Shown: positions 14,340 through 28,694 of the stretch, one piece after another
How the letters are laid out: each line of letters starts with the position of its first letter
How positions within the stretch are numbered: position 1 is the stretch's first letter
Origin: Eledone cirrhosa
Lineage: Eukaryota
NCBI GenBank assembly: GCA_964016885.1
Contig: OZ024765.1
Span: 6,634,001 to 6,698,000, forward strand
DNA: 64,000 bases
Direction: 5' to 3'
The notes under the pieces: model-generated
The model's input: the letters and a program-made list of their open reading frames with translations, nothing else
What the model was told of the DNA's origin: nothing
Databases searched by the model: none
Made by a program: the position numbers and the translations under genes

Positions 14340-15145
14340 TAGAAGGTGGCGAATTATATAATGAAATTATTGTGTAAAGTGCTCAGGTGCACTACAACTC
14401 GTCAAAGGTGCATGTATAGTACATAGAATAATATACAAATGTCAGGGAAGTGAATAGTGTATGCGTCATGATATATACACGTGTGCATGTGTATGGAGGG
14501 GGGAATATCAGGTGTAGTGTTGGCGAATCTCGGGAAGCATGGAGGTTTTAAAGGATGCAGTCTCTCGGCAGCTAACAACTGATACAGGTAGTTTGTTCCA
14601 TGGAGGTTTTAAAGGATGCAGTGTCTCGACAGCTAACAACTGATGCAGGTAGTTTGTTCCATGGAGGTTTTAAAGGATGCAGTGTCTCGACAGCTAACAA
14701 CTGATGCAGGTAGTTTGTTCCATGGAGGTTTTAAAGGATGCAGTGTCTCGGCAGCTAACAACTGATGCAGGTAGTTTGTTCCATGGAGGTTTTAAAGGAT
14801 GCAGTGTCTCGACAGCTAACAACTGATGCAGGTAGTTTGTTCCATGGAGGTTTTAAAGGATGCAGTGTCTCGACAGCTAACAACTGATGCAGGTAGTTTG
14901 TTCCATGGAGGTTTTAAAGGATGCAGTGTCTCGACAGCTAACAACTGATGCAGGTAGTTTGTTCCATGCTTCAGCAACTCTGAGCGTGAAAATATGTTTT
15001 TGAAGGTCATGGGAGCTGTGTTGTTTTCTGACTTTGTTGGCATGTCCACGTGTGTTAGACACATGGAAATCAAAAAGGTACTCAGGGTTGTTGTTGGCAA
15101 GATGGTTAATAATTTTGTGGGCCTTTACCAAGTCAGTTGCCAGGT
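14340..15145 (-). mobile_element. CR1/L2-type LINE 3' end with internal 61-nt tandem expansion (7 units, 14538-14964)
   Basis: NTRGH..K......IFTLRVAEAWNKLPASVV....FK motif. Confidence 0.8.
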
Positions 15146-15482
15146 GTCGGCAGAGTCATTAGAATGTCAGATAGAATTTTTTATGGTATTCGTTCTGGAT
15201 GTCTGCTCTCTGAGTTCAAATCCTGTTAGTCAACTTTGCCTTTCAACCTTTCAGGGTCGATAAAAAAAGTACCAGTCTAGTACTGGGGTCGATTCTTCCT
15301 CTATATCTCTTTCTCATTTTTCCTCTCTCTCACTTTCTATCTTTCTCTGGAAGAAATTTGCTGTAGTCAGGCCTGGACAAAAGATGGGCTCTGTCGGGCT
15401 TAAAATACCCAAGAAACGCTGTATGTCACTACGGTGCCCCTACTACTTTATCAGGAGTTATGGGACCATACCATACCATACC
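15146..15482 (+). mobile_element. SINE variant with (ccata)n tail; copies 20017-20470(+), 59650-59955(+), 5250-5600(-)
   Basis: Shared head (gagttcaaatc) and core, different 3' end ctatcaggagttatgggaccataccatac. Confidence 0.7.
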
Positions 15483-15631
15483 GAGTGAGCCCTTGAAAAT
15501 TGGAATGGCTGTTCCAACAGCTCCCCTCCCTCTCTGCCCATCCGTCTGTCTTTCAGTCTATCTGCCAGTCACTCTGTCTGTCTGTATGTCTGCTGGCATC
15601 TGGCTGGCTTTGTCGGCAGGGAAGAATGGCT

Positions 15632-15680
<49 letters not shown>

Positions 15681-15979
15681 TTGTGTGAGTGTGTGTGTAT
15701 GTGTGTATGAGTGTATGTATGAGTGTATGTGTGTGTGAGTGTGTGTGTGTGTAAGAGAGAGAGAGATGTAAGTTTGGCATTCCTGTTATTTTTTTTTTCT
15801 GTAAAGGCTAAATGTGAGATACTGAATACATGTGTGTGTGTGTGTGTTAGTAGTGATGGTGGTGGTAGTGATGGTGGTGGTGGTGCTGGTGCTGGTTGTA
15901 TAATGATAGAGGGGTGGTATTGTGGTGGTGGTGGTGGTGGTGTTACTGCTACTGTTGATGTTGGTTGTGGTGGGACGGT

Positions 15980-16620
15980 GCTGAAACCAGTAAAAGAATA
16001 CAAGACTAAATTATTTCAAGGCAGTGCCCCAGCATAGCAACAGTCTAATGACTGAAACCAGTAAAATAATACAAGACTAAATCCCTTCAAGGCAGTGCCC
16101 CAGTATGGCCACAGTCTAATAACTGCAACCAGTAAAAGAACACAAGAGTGTGGTGCCCCAGCATGACCTGTCTAATGACTGAAACTAGTAGAAGAATACA
16201 AGACTAAATCCCTTCAAATCCCAGTATGGCCACAGTCTAATAACTAAAGCTAGTAAAAGAACACAAGAGTGTGGTGCCCCAGCATGGCCTGTCTAATGAC
16301 TGAAACTAGTAGAAGAATACAAGACTAAATCCCTTCAAATCCCAGTATGGCCACAGTCTAATAACTAAAGCCAGTAAAAGAACACAAGAGTGTGGTGCCC
16401 CAGCATGGCCTGTCTAATGACTGAAACTAGTAGAAGAATACAAGACTAAATCCCTTCAAATCCCAGTATGGCCACAGTCTAATAACTAAAGCCAGTAAAA
16501 GAACACAAGAGTGTGGTGCCCCAGCATGGCCTGTCTAATGACTGAAACTAGTAGAAGAATACAAGACTAAATCCCTTCAAATCCCAGTATGGTCACAGTC
16601 TAATAACTAAAGCCAGCATG
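15980..16620. repeat. ~120-nt tandem repeat of a SINE-tail-like unit
   Basis: gtgccccagcatggcc..tctaatgactgaaac repeated. Confidence 0.85.
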
Positions 16621-17308
16621 TATGGACCCGTAACTCCTGAGGGAGTCGTAGAGGCGCCATATTGATATACAGCACTTCTAGAGCATTTTTAAACCTGGCA
16701 AAGCCCATCTCCCTCCAGGTCTGAATACAGCAGATTTCTTCCAGATAAAGATAGAGAGGGTGAGAGAGAGGAAGTGAGAAAGAGATATAGAGGAAGAATT
16801 GACCCCAGTACTAGACTGGTACTTTTTTATATACCTTAAACCTTTAGCATTTACATTAATCTCTATATACTATTGTATTTTTGTGGTAAAGACTTTATCC
16901 TACATAATTATCTCACATAATATTGAATCTACAAGATTTTGATGCTATTTATTTTGAGAACAATACCTTAATGTCAGTATGAGTGGCCGGTTATGGCTGG
17001 TTTGGACAGAAAGAGGGGAGAGAATTCTGGCCGGATACAGCCGGTTTGAATGCTAAATAAAGGGTTAAATGGATTAAATGCAAAGTTGACCGTAGCAAAC
17101 TAGTGAAAGGAAATGAAAAAGAATCAACCCCAGTACTAGACTGGTACTTTTTTTATCAACTTTAAATAGATGAAATGCAAATTTGACGTCAGTGGGATTT
17201 GGACTCGAAGAGCCGAGAGTCAGAACAAAATACTGCAAAGCATTCTATCCGACATTCTAACAACTCTGCTAATTTGCCGCCTAATTAAAGCCAGTAAAGG
17301 AATATATA

Positions 17309-17412
17309 GAGGGTGTCCCCCCCAAAAATGTATACACACTAGAACAGCATTCTAATAAATATCACCTGTCCAAGTAATCAAAGTGTGCATACATTTTGGG
17401 GGGGACACCCTG
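17309..17412. mobile_element. Tc1/mariner-type MITE (TA-flanked); relative 52213-52505
   Basis: TIR agggtgtcccc..aaaatgtat / atacatttt..ggggacaccctg. Confidence 0.65.
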
Positions 17413-17499
17413 TATATATATGCAGTGCCCCAGTATGGCCACTGGAACCAGTAAAAGAATTAAAAAGACATATGGAGTATATGATTGCCTTGTTTTATA

Positions 17500-17847
17500 T
17501 GTTGCTGTTGTTGCTGCTGCTGTTGTTGTTGCTGGTGATGTTGGTGTTGTTGGTGATGTTGTTGTTGTTGTTGTTGGTGTTGCTGTTGGTGTTGGTGTTG
17601 TTGCTGCTGCTGTTGTTGTTGTTGTTGGTGTTGCTGTTGGTGTTGGTGGTGTTGTTGCTGGTGTTGTTGTTGTTGGTGATGTTGTTGCTGGTGATGTTGG
17701 TGGTGGTGGTGTTGTTGTTGGTGGTGTTGGTGTTGTTGGTGGTGGTGTTGGTGTTGTTGGTGTTGTTGTTGTTGTTGGTGGTGGTGGTGTTGGTGTTGTT
17801 GTTGTTGGTGGTGGTGGTGTTGTTGGTGGTGGTGGTGGTGGTGTTGG

Positions 17848-17878
<31 letters not shown>

Positions 17879-18130
17879 GTTGGTGTTGCTGTTGTTGTTG
17901 TTGTTGATGCTGTTGTTGCTGCTGCTGTTGTTGCTGGTGGTGGTAGTGTTGTTGTTGTTGGTGGTGGTGGTGGTGTTGGTGTTGTTGTTGTTGTTGGTGG
18001 TAGTGGTGGTGTTGGTGTTGTTGGTGGTGGTGGTGTTGGTGTTGGTGGTGGTGGTGGTGGTGGTGTTGGTGTTGCTGTTGTTGTTGTTGTTGATGCTGGT
18101 GATGTTGCTGCTGTTGCTACTGCTACTACT
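17500..18130. repeat. (GTT/GGT)n compound trinucleotide repeat
   Basis: Direct inspection. Confidence 0.9.
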
Positions 18131-18405
18131 CACAATAGTAGGTCTATCTCTCACCTTTGGTACTTTCCTACTCGTCAATGCCACAGAGTACAGAGATAGC
18201 ACTCAGTAATTACAGGTGACACTGTACTAATAGCCGTAGTGGGTGGGAGGAGGGACTAGCTATCATACTAGTTATACCGTACTGATAGAGATGTGATGTG
18301 ACAATTATAACGGTAACTTGTACCGATAACTTTACTGGGACCTTTCATATCGGCTGACAATCAAACAAAGAAGAAAAAAAAGAAGAAATTTAAATCTCGG
18401 TTAAG

Positions 18406-18945
18406 TACGAGAGTCGGCTGAAAAGTTCATAGGCTGTAAAGTTCATTGGCTGACTAAGATACTCTCATGGAATGACCAAATGAGGTTTATTTTTTAACAT
18501 TTTCAATGTAGTTATTAAGAATTGTTGAAATTAACCTAGAAAGAAACAATTAACCTAGAAAGAAACAATGCAGGTATTAATAAGAAGAATTGAAATGAAT
18601 GCCTGCAAGAATTCACATCTCTAGCATCACTTCTTCATAGGCTGACTCTCATGGAATGACCAAATGAGGTTTATTTTTCAACATAGACTCTAGAAAGAAA
18701 CAATGCAGTTATTATTAAGAATTGTTGAAATTCATGCTTGCACGATTTCACAGCTCTAGCATCACCTCTTTAGGCTGATCAAGATACTCACATGGAATGA
18801 CCAAATGAGGTTTATCTTTCAACATAGTTCCTGGAAAGAAACAATGCAGTTATTAATAAGAAGAGTTGAAATTAATGCATGCAAAATTTCATAGCTCTAG
18901 CATCACTCCTTCATAAGCTGACCAAGATACTTTCATGGGATGACC
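18406..18945. mobile_element. Mariner-like TIR relic with ~130-nt internal tandem repeats
   Basis: tacgagagtcggctgaaaagttcataggct; repeated catggaatgaccaaatgaggtttat. Confidence 0.55.
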
Positions 18946-21900
18946 CCCCCCCCCCCAAAAAAAGACAGTCCATGCTGTAATGTGGTCATGTAGGTAACAC
19001 GGTAAAAAGCTCCCAGTCCACACTGTAAATGTGGTTGGTGTTAGGAAGGGCATCCAGCTGTAGAAAACCTACCAGATAGTCCTGTACGAACGAGACACAG
19101 TCACCCGACCAATCTTGCCTCAAGTGGGACAATTCCCGTCTAACCCATGCTAGCAGGGAAGATAGACCTTAAACGATGATGATGATCATGATGATGATAT
19201 ATCAGGATAGATTCAGTTTGAAACTGGTCAGACCATTACTCAATAGAGTACTAGATACTTGGGTTAGTAAAGTATGGCTATATGATAAAGAGTTGGGACC
19301 TGATGGCTGAACTCTTGCTCTTAAACCCTTTTGTTACCATATTTCTAATGAAAGAGAGTTTATGATTTTCAGATAAATTAATATAGGCTTTTAAATAAAT
19401 CTAAACACTTTAACCCTTTCATTACTATAATTATAATAAAAGGTACTGCCTATCATCTTCAACTGATCAGGTTAGATCCCCAAGCGAAACCAACCAAGCT
19501 CATGGATGTTATCCAACCAACTTGCTCAGGGTCTACCCCTGGGTCTCCCACCGATTGGTTTTGCCCATAAAATCTGTCCAGTGATTCTGGAATCGGTGGC
19601 TTCTGACAAGACCCAGTGGAAGAAGCGTTATAGGACTCTGCCCCCATGACTCTCCCAAGAAGAAGGAGAAGGAGGAGGAGAAGAAGAAGACGAAGAAGAA
19701 GATTAGCTCTGCCTTTCATTCTTACAGGATTGACAAAAAAGTACCAGTAATGCACTAGGGTTTCGATTTAATTGTCTTTTCCTTCCCCTTCAAACTGTTG
19801 GCCTTCTGTCTGAACCAGAAATCATAATTAAGCTAGTCTCTACTTGAAGTTCTCACATATAATTATGACGGAAGGATTTTAGATAAATATAAACACTTTC
19901 GTTTTGTAGAACCAGAGCTGGTTTCAAATGGTTTGGTACCAAAGGTGCTCAAAGTGTGAGTGTAATGAAAAAAAAAATGGCTCTTGTTCACTATAAATGT
20001 TCTATGTAGAATTCAGGTGGCCAATTGGCAGAGTCGTTAGAACGTTGGATAGAATGTTTTATGGTATTCATTCTGGTTCTCTGCTCTCTGAGTTCAAATC
20101 TCACCGAGGTCAACTTTGCCTTTCATCCTTTCGAGGTCGATAAAAAAAGTACCAGTCTAGCACTGGGGTGGATTCTTCCTCTATATCTCTTTCTCATTTC
20201 CTCTCTCTCATTCTATCTATATATACATATATAATACAAGTCCAGTACTGGGTCGATTCTTCCTCTATATCTCTTTCTCACTCTATCTCTCCATATATAA
20301 ATATATTTCTCATTTCTTCTCTCTCACTTTCTATCTTTCTCTAGAAGAAATATTCTGTATTCAGGCCTGGAGAGGGATGGGCTCCGCCAGACTTAAAATG
20401 CCCAAGAAACACCGTATGGCGATTCGGTGCCCCTACAACCCTATCAGGAATTACGGGACCATACCATACCAAGTAGAGTTCAAAAGAGCTCAGTTCGTGA
20501 AAAATGACCAATAAGACAAACAAGGTTGCCTCCCTTGATCGTGAAAAATGACCAATAAAACAAACAAGGTTGCCTCCCTTGAAATACAAGAAAATATTTT
20601 TTTCAAAAATTAGGTTAAGTTCTCTACAGATCAAAGATTTTAAGTGAAAAGTAAAAGTAGGAATGGGCAGAAATGTATTTAAAGAATTTGTTTTTCTTTA
20701 ATCCAACAAAACAAATATTTAAAAGACTGTTACGATTTGGGAGACATTGCAATAAATATAGATATACTTATTGGCTAGTCTCGCTAGGGGAGTTGGTTGG
20801 TTGTGACAGGACCTGCTGGAGGGTGTGTTTAAGGACTCTCCCTCCACGAGCCTCTCAAGAAGAAGAAGAAGAACGACAACAACAACAACAAAACAGGACT
20901 TACCTGGGTATGATAATAATTGTTTCTACTTTTGGCACAAGGCCAGCATTTATCCCAGTGTGTTACTGGTACTTTATTTTATCGACCCCGTAAAGATGAA
21001 AGGCAAAGTTAACCTCGGCGGGATTTGAACTCAGATCATAAAGGGACGTAACTCTATGCTGTAAAGCATGGCGTCCGACCCTCTACCGATACTGCCAAAT
21101 GATAATAATTATTTCTACTTTTGGCACAAGGCCAGCAATTATCCCAGTGCATTACTGGTACTTTATTTTATCGACCCCGTAAGGATGAAAGGCAAAGTTA
21201 ACCTCGGCGGGATTTGAACTCATGAAGATGATGGTGATAAAGATGATGATGATACACACGAGAAGATGGGGGGGGGGGGGTCAGTGGCACATTCTATAAA
21301 AAGAAACTGAGGTTGTTATTCGCTGCAGAGAATGATGTTGGTGCTGTTGCTGAAGGTGTTGATGACGAACAGGAAGAGGAAGTATTCAGTGATTGGCGGA
21401 TTAAGTAAACGTAAATTAACAAGTATAAAGTCTTTCTCGAGCCTGGAGGCTCATCAGGCCAGTCCATTGCATGGTTAAACCCCCAGCTATTACTGGTACT
21501 CAATTTCAGGTGAGTATACTGGAGCAAAATGAAATAAAGTGTTTTGTTTAATAACACAACATGCAACCCAGTCCAGGAATCAAACCCACAACATCATGAT
21601 CATAATTCCAACACCCTTACCATTAAATCAATGTGAAATGAAGTGTTTTGCTCAAGTATACAACACACAACTCAGTCCAGGAATCGAACACATGATATTA
21701 TGATGATAAGTCCAACACCCTCACAACTAGTCCACACACCTAAAGTCTAAAGTCTCTTGTGCTTGGAGGCTGATTAGGTCAGTGCTTATCTGGGTTTCCA
21801 TAGTGTTAAGCGATTGAGAATACAAGACTCCTCCTGGACAGGACACCAACCCATCACAGAGTCAAACCCCCAGCTTTTGCTGGTACCCATTCTCAGCTGA

Positions 21901-23644
21901 GTATACTGGAGCAATGTAAAATGAAGTGTTTTGCTCAAGAACACAACACACAACCCAGTCAAGGAATCGAATCCATGACATTAAAACTACCTACATAAAC
22001 ACACTAGGACTTATCTTCACCTGAGCACGGTACACAATAATTTTCATTACTATTGTATTGGTAGAGAGTCAGACACCCTGCTTCGCGGCAGAGTTACGGC
22101 CCTTTATGTTCTGAGTTCAAATCCCGCCGAGGTTCACTTTGCCTTTCATCCTTACAGGGTCGATAAAATAAAGTACCAGTAATGCACTGGGTAATTGCTG
22201 GCCTTGTGCCTAAAGTAGAAACAATTATTTGATAAATATAGTTTGCTATTTAGACACAAAGCCAACAATTTGGAGGTACCTGTGTAAAGTTGATTAAATC
22301 AACTTTACACAGGTAAAGTCGACTAAGGACGAAAAGAAAAGCATAACCTCGGCGGGATTTGAACTAAGAACGTACAGAGCCGTATCAATATGCCGCAAAG
22401 CAGGTTGTCCAACGCTCAACCGATTATTGTCAATCCTCCATCCACACAAAGTTCATGTTATCCACAATACCAAAAATATTTTATTCAAGGGAAATCATTC
22501 AACAGTTTGCGAGAGTTGTCTCCCTTGAAACTTCATTCTTCTCCCTCTTCTTTATCGCCTACGTATTCCTGAGAGTGTCGTGGGGGGGGGGGGGGGGACA
22601 GGGTGCTCAGTCCAACGCTCAACCGATTATTGTCAATCCTCCATCCACACAAAGTTTGCACTATCATGTTATCCACAATACCAAAAATATTTTATTCAAG
22701 GGAAATAATTCAACAGTTTGCGAGAGTTCTCTCCCTTGAAAATTCTTTCTTCTCCCTCTTCTTTATTCCTGAGAGGGTTGTAGGGGGACAGTGCTCAAAC
22801 AGAGTGCTCAACAGATCCGGCTGGATCCTCAAGTGTGAACATCCAAGCTCACGGATGTTATACAACCATCCTGCTCAGGTGTTCTCCCTTGACGCAATGT
22901 ATTATATTTATAAGTTTCAATTGGCGCTTACGATCATAAAATTGTGGGTTCGGTTTCTAGACTGGGTAGCGTGTACTATCTTTGATAGGATATTCCCCTT
23001 TCATCTCTGTGAAAATGTTTGGCTATTCCGATGTATTATTTTTGCTATTATCTTCTCTTACTGAATTATCATGTGATAGTCGTGAAGCCACTTGGCTATT
23101 TTAGCATCTTAGCCACGCCATCATTCGTGGTTGCGTTGTGTTTTCGTTTGTTTCAAAAATCCCCACCATTCACCATATGTATGTATTGATAGATGAATCT
23201 ATGTGTATGTATATATATATATTATAAATATATATATATATGCCTGAGTGCGCATATATGCATAATTACTATGACCACTCCGACAGGTCGGGGGAAAAAA
23301 AATGCGAAAATCACAAGATGCTAGCTCTGTATGTCGATGGTAAGAGAGCGCGGCGAAGACGAACAGTCACCGATGGAGATAGACTAATAAATAAGTAGAA
23401 TGAGTGGGAGTGGGTGATAGATAGACAATAACAGATAGATAGAGGAAGAGTGAGTAATAGATCAAGAAAGAGAGAGAGTGAGTAAGAAAGAAAGTAAGCG
23501 TAATAGAGAGAGTAATTAAGAAAGAGGGTAAGCGTAATAGAGAGAGTATGCGAAATAGAGAGAGTAAGTGTAATAGAGAGAGAGAATGAGTAGAAGTAAG
23601 AATAGGGCGGTATGAGTAAGAGTGAGAGTGTGATACTGGACTTA

Positions 23645-23655
23645 CAAGATGGCGG
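23645..23655 (+). promoter_or_regulatory. YY1-type motif overlapping the XPO4 start codon
   Basis: CAAGATGGCGG matches the YY1 consensus, often found at the starts of housekeeping genes. Confidence 0.55.
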
Positions 23656-23699
23656 AACAAGCAATGATGGAGTTGGAGAATGCAACCCAGATTGTTTTG
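23649..23699 (+). CDS. XPO4: XPO4 exon 1 (MAEQAMMELENATQIVL)
   Basis: ATG in AAGATGGCGG context; resembles XPO4 'AQLENAAKVLM'; donor TTG|GTATGT, phase 0 fits exon 2. Confidence 0.85.
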
Positions 23700-23896
23700 G
23701 TATGTTGTTTATCTACACAACACACATTTCCTCAACATGGCTAAATATATATTCCCCTCTCTCCTCTCTCTCGGTTCGTCTTCCTCCATTAAACTAGGGA
23801 TCTGTTACTTCCGATTCTCACCATATCTTCCACGCATAACAGACATGCATGTCTATACAGATATATATATAGAGAGAGATAGAGATAGATATACAT

Positions 23897-23968
<72 letters not shown>

Positions 23969-23977
23969 CATATATAC

Positions 23978-24010
<33 letters not shown>

Positions 24011-24266
24011 AGGCTAAGAGCTCAGCCGTCGGGCCTTGATTCTCTCTTTCCATGTATATATATAATCTGTATGTGTATTATAAATATATTTATTATATGT
24101 ATGTGTAAATATATATATATATATATATAGTAGTGAGTCAGGGCCCAGCGGCTGAGCTCTTGCCGTTCTCTATTTAATGTCGCCATTCATACATTTTCCT
24201 TTTTCTTATCGTCTCTTCTCTCGCTCAATCATTCCAATAATAATATTTCAATACGATCGATTATCT

Positions 24267-24303
<37 letters not shown>

Positions 24304-24734
24304 CATAGATCTATCAAGTGTTTATCTGATCAATTAATATAGGTATTGTTTTGGTAGGGCCGCGATTCCCAATACTACAATAATATCTCCATGTGTTAAC
24401 TCATATATATATATATTAGTTTACTTGCTTTTTATTCTGTATATATGTATATATATGTATAATAATGATAATGATGATAAGCAAAAGACAGTTACTTTAG
24501 TCCATCCCCATTTATTTTGTACGTATTTCGAAGATGTATGGCTAAAAAAACATTATATATATATATATATATTTATTAAAATAAAGGGTGAAAGCAGCGA
24601 TTCTTTGCTTAAACTTTAATCTGTTATTTTAATAAATATTTGTTCTAGGGTTCTTATATATTTGCTTATCGAGCCCTCTTTGGATTTTAGTCTTACACAT
24701 TTATTATTACTATGTATATAAACTTAATGTTCCG

Positions 24735-24775
<41 letters not shown>

Positions 24776-25479
24776 TATTATAATAACAGGTTAAAGTTTA
24801 AGCAAAGAATCGCTGCTTTCACTCGTAACGGGATCTTCTGTAACTGAAAAAAAATCAATCGAGGCCTCTTCGGATTTTAGTCTTCACATTTATTATTATT
24901 ACTATATATATTATATACCCACTCTACTACCCTAAGTATTGGTAGTGCGTTATGGTCCATCTGGTTCCTTACCACACCTCCTTCGTTATATATATATATA
25001 AATGGTTTCTACAGGAAGGACTAGAATTGTTTCATTCGAAGGAAATCATCAGGGCTTTCATAATGATTTCCTTCGAATGAAACAGTTCTAGTCCTGTAGA
25101 AGCCATTTCTATATTACACATTGTATATACTCTACTATATATTGAGTACCTGACTTACTGTGGTTACCCCGGAATACATACATATATATAATCATTTTAT
25201 TATAGAGGGATTTTGATGATGATTTCAAACGAATGAAACAGTTTTAGTCCTGTAGAAGTCATTTCTGTATATAATAAAGCTGCCTATACTCTACATATGT
25301 ATTGAAGTACCTTTTTTAAGAGCAGTTACCCCCAACGCAATTCGGGGAATCTACACATGAAATAGAATTATATATAGATTTGTGTATATGTGCGTATATT
25401 TAGTGACACGTGAGGTGAAATAAGTCGATGGCAATACAAGGGGCTTATATAGTTTTAAAGCCGAGGATTATACATACAT

Positions 25480-25532
<53 letters not shown>

Positions 25533-25769
25533 GCGTCGGGCTAAACTGGTAGTATATATATATTGTATATAGTCAATAAATCTCGTGTATTTTTACAAAA
25601 GTCTGAAATACGCATCTGAGAGAGAATTGGTCTGTACACGAGTGTATAAATAAATGTGACAGCATGCACTATATATATATATATATATACATCGTTTAAG
25701 CTTATATATATATATATACACACACACATCGCCTAAACCTATAACGAAAGATCGCTACCCCTCTCTCTT

Positions 25770-25822
<53 letters not shown>

Positions 25823-27751
25823 ATTAAAATAACAGATTAATGTTTAAGCAAAGAATCGCTGCTTTCAGGGTTCTTATATATTTGATATATATTTACCCTT
25901 ATCGAGCCCTCTTTGGATTTTAATCTTCACATTTATTATTATTACTATATATATATGTCATACGGATTGGACACTACCGTAAACTTTTGGTAGATTTATC
26001 TACATATATATATATATACACATACACAGTGAAATTACGTTATAACGAAATTCATGGGGTATAAGTAAATTCGTTGTAATGAAAAATTCTTTATAACGAG
26101 ATCGTCCTCACTCATCAAGCGTGTGATCGGGGATTGAAAAAAATGCCGTTATAATGGTTTTCATTATAACAGAATTTTACCTCTATCTATCTATCTATCT
26201 ATATTGTATTTGTCCCCTTCTTTTGTGCCCCTGTGGCTAATAAAGAAATATATCTATATATAGGTAGCGACCTTTCGTCTCAGATCTAAACGATGTATGT
26301 AATGACTTAGGAATGTCGATTTCAGTTTCTTTGTCGCCAAACTCGTCGTGTACACTATATGTCTGTGTGTGTATATGTATGTATGTATGAATGTGTGTTC
26401 GTCAGTTTCTGTGATGTACGAAGGAGATATTGCCGAACATTTACTAATATCACCACCTCTATCTACCCAAACACATATACATATATCTATTGTGCAACGA
26501 CTTCCGGCGTGTATATATACTAAGTTATTGTTTACAATAGCCTTGACTTAAGACGAAATGTAGCTGTTTATTAATTACGACATCATCCTCATTTAACGTC
26601 CATTTTTTTTCACACTACTAGCATGGGTTACACGAGTTGTCCCGTTGTGAGACAGCCAGGTCAGGTGACTGTGTCTTGCTAATACAGAACTGCTTCTGGC
26701 AGGTTTTCTACGGCTGGATGCTTTTCCTAACGCCAACCACGTTTACAGTGTGGACTGGACACTTTTTGTCGCAACACCTACCCGACCACTTCACAGTGTG
26801 GACTGGGTGCCTTATATCGGGATACCTACACGACCACCTTATAGTGTGGACTGGGTGCTTTTTGTCATGATACCTACACGGCCACTTTACAGTGTGGGAT
26901 GGGTGCTTTTTGTCATGATACCTACATGACCACTTCACAGTCAGGCTGGGGGGGCTTTTTGTTGTGTCACCAACACAACCACTTCACAGAGTGGACTGGG
27001 TGCTTTTTGTCATGATACCTACACAATGACTCTACAGTGTGGGCTGGGTGCTTTTTGTCGTGACACCTACATGACCATTTTACAGGGTGAAGTGGGTGTT
27101 CACCCCCATAAAATAAGTGATGGTGAATGGGAGTGTGCCTTCAATTTGTATTGTAATTAACAGGTGTGTTGAATGCAGTGTGAAAGGTGGACCTCCGTCA
27201 GTTTCCATCAACGAGCATTCCACTTGTTCAATCATGGAATTAACATGCAAGTGGCTGAGTATTCCATAGATAACGTATACCCTTAATCCTTTAGTGTTTA
27301 AACCAGCCGAATCTGGCCAGAATTCTCTCACCTCTTTCTGATCAAATTAGCAGTAACTGGCCACTCATACTGATGTTAAGGTATTATTCTCAAAATAATA
27401 TGAATATTATGCGAGATAATTATGAGATAAATCTTTATCATGAAAATATAATAGTAAATATAGAGTACTAAAGGATTAAAATAATTCTCAGGGAGATTCA
27501 GAGGGATACTGTGTGACTAGGCTAAACCCTTCAATCACAAAGCATGGGTTGACCTGAGGTTATGGTAAATGACATATCTTCCAAGATGCCACACAGTGGG
27601 ATCAAACCTGGGACCTGATGATTGTGAAGGACCTTCTTAAAGATTTGGTTATATATCAACATGCTCTGAACATCACCACTCTTAATATCACCTTGCTGAG
27701 ATACGAAATGTGATGTGTAAATTTTTAATTCATCATCATCATCATCATCAT

Positions 27752-28081
27752 TTCATTTTACGTCCGCTTTTTCCCTGCTTGCAAGGGTGGGACGGGAACT
27801 GATGCTGGCTTGATTTCTACAGCTGGATGCCCTTCCTAACACCAACCTCATTTTTACAGTGAGTGCTGGGTGCTTTTTTGCTGTGGCACCTGCACGACCA
27901 CTTTGCAGTGGAATGATAAGGACCTCAGTCCCTATCATCTCATTTCTACAGCTGAGTAAACTGGAGCAATGTGAAATAAAGTGTCTTGCTCAAGGAAACA
28001 ACACATCACCCGGTCTGAGAATTGAACTCACAACCTTTCGATTGCAAGGCCAATGCTCTAACCACTAAGCCATGTGCCTCC
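27752..28081 (-). mobile_element. Full-length tRNA-derived SINE
   Basis: Reverse complement of the 29005-29330 family. Confidence 0.85.
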
Positions 28082-28349
28082 ATATATATATATGTATGTA
28101 TGTATGTATATAGTAGAGGAAGTATACAAAAAACATGGACGGAGGTGGTGAGAGCTGACCTTATCGCTGAAGCTCACAAAGATGATGAAGGACTGTGACA
28201 ATAAATATCTATACTCTGCTATTGCTATGTATTGAGTACCTTACTGTGGTTACCCCCGATTGAACTCGGGATACACATCTATATATATATATCATCATCA
28301 TCATCATTTGTATATATATATAAATATCATCATCATCATCATTTGTATT

Positions 28350-28413
<64 letters not shown>

Positions 28414-28453
28414 TTCAAATATTAATAAAATAGATGTTCTTGTGATCAATAAA

Positions 28454-28519
28454 ATTTTATTATACATATTTCAGTGGTACTTGAATCAGGTTCAACAGTA
28501 CGTCCTCATCAGATAAAAT
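28454..28519 (-). ncRNA. Minimal hammerhead ribozyme-like motif (left arm of fold-back element)
   Basis: Minus strand: attttat-CTGATGA-ggacgtactgttgaa..ttcaagtaccact-GAAA-tatgta-TA-ataaaat. Confidence 0.65.
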
Positions 28520-28629
28520 AAAATGATACATGACATACCCTGAGATGTTAGATGGTTAAGATTTCATCAAAGATTTAATCAAATCTTAACCATCTAACAT
28601 CTCAGGGTATGTCATGTATGTATCATTTC

Positions 28630-28694
28630 ATTTTATCTGATGAGGACTACTGTTGAACCTGATTCAAGTATCTCTGAAATATGTATAATAAAAT
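28630..28694 (+). ncRNA. Minimal hammerhead ribozyme-like motif (right arm of fold-back element)
   Basis: attttat-CTGATGA-ggactactgttgaa..ttcaagtatctct-GAAA-tatgta-TA-ataaaat. Confidence 0.65.

Noticed and set aside
17385-18209. Gly/Val-rich and Asn/Thr-rich ORFs
   Set aside because: (GTT/GGT)n microsatellite
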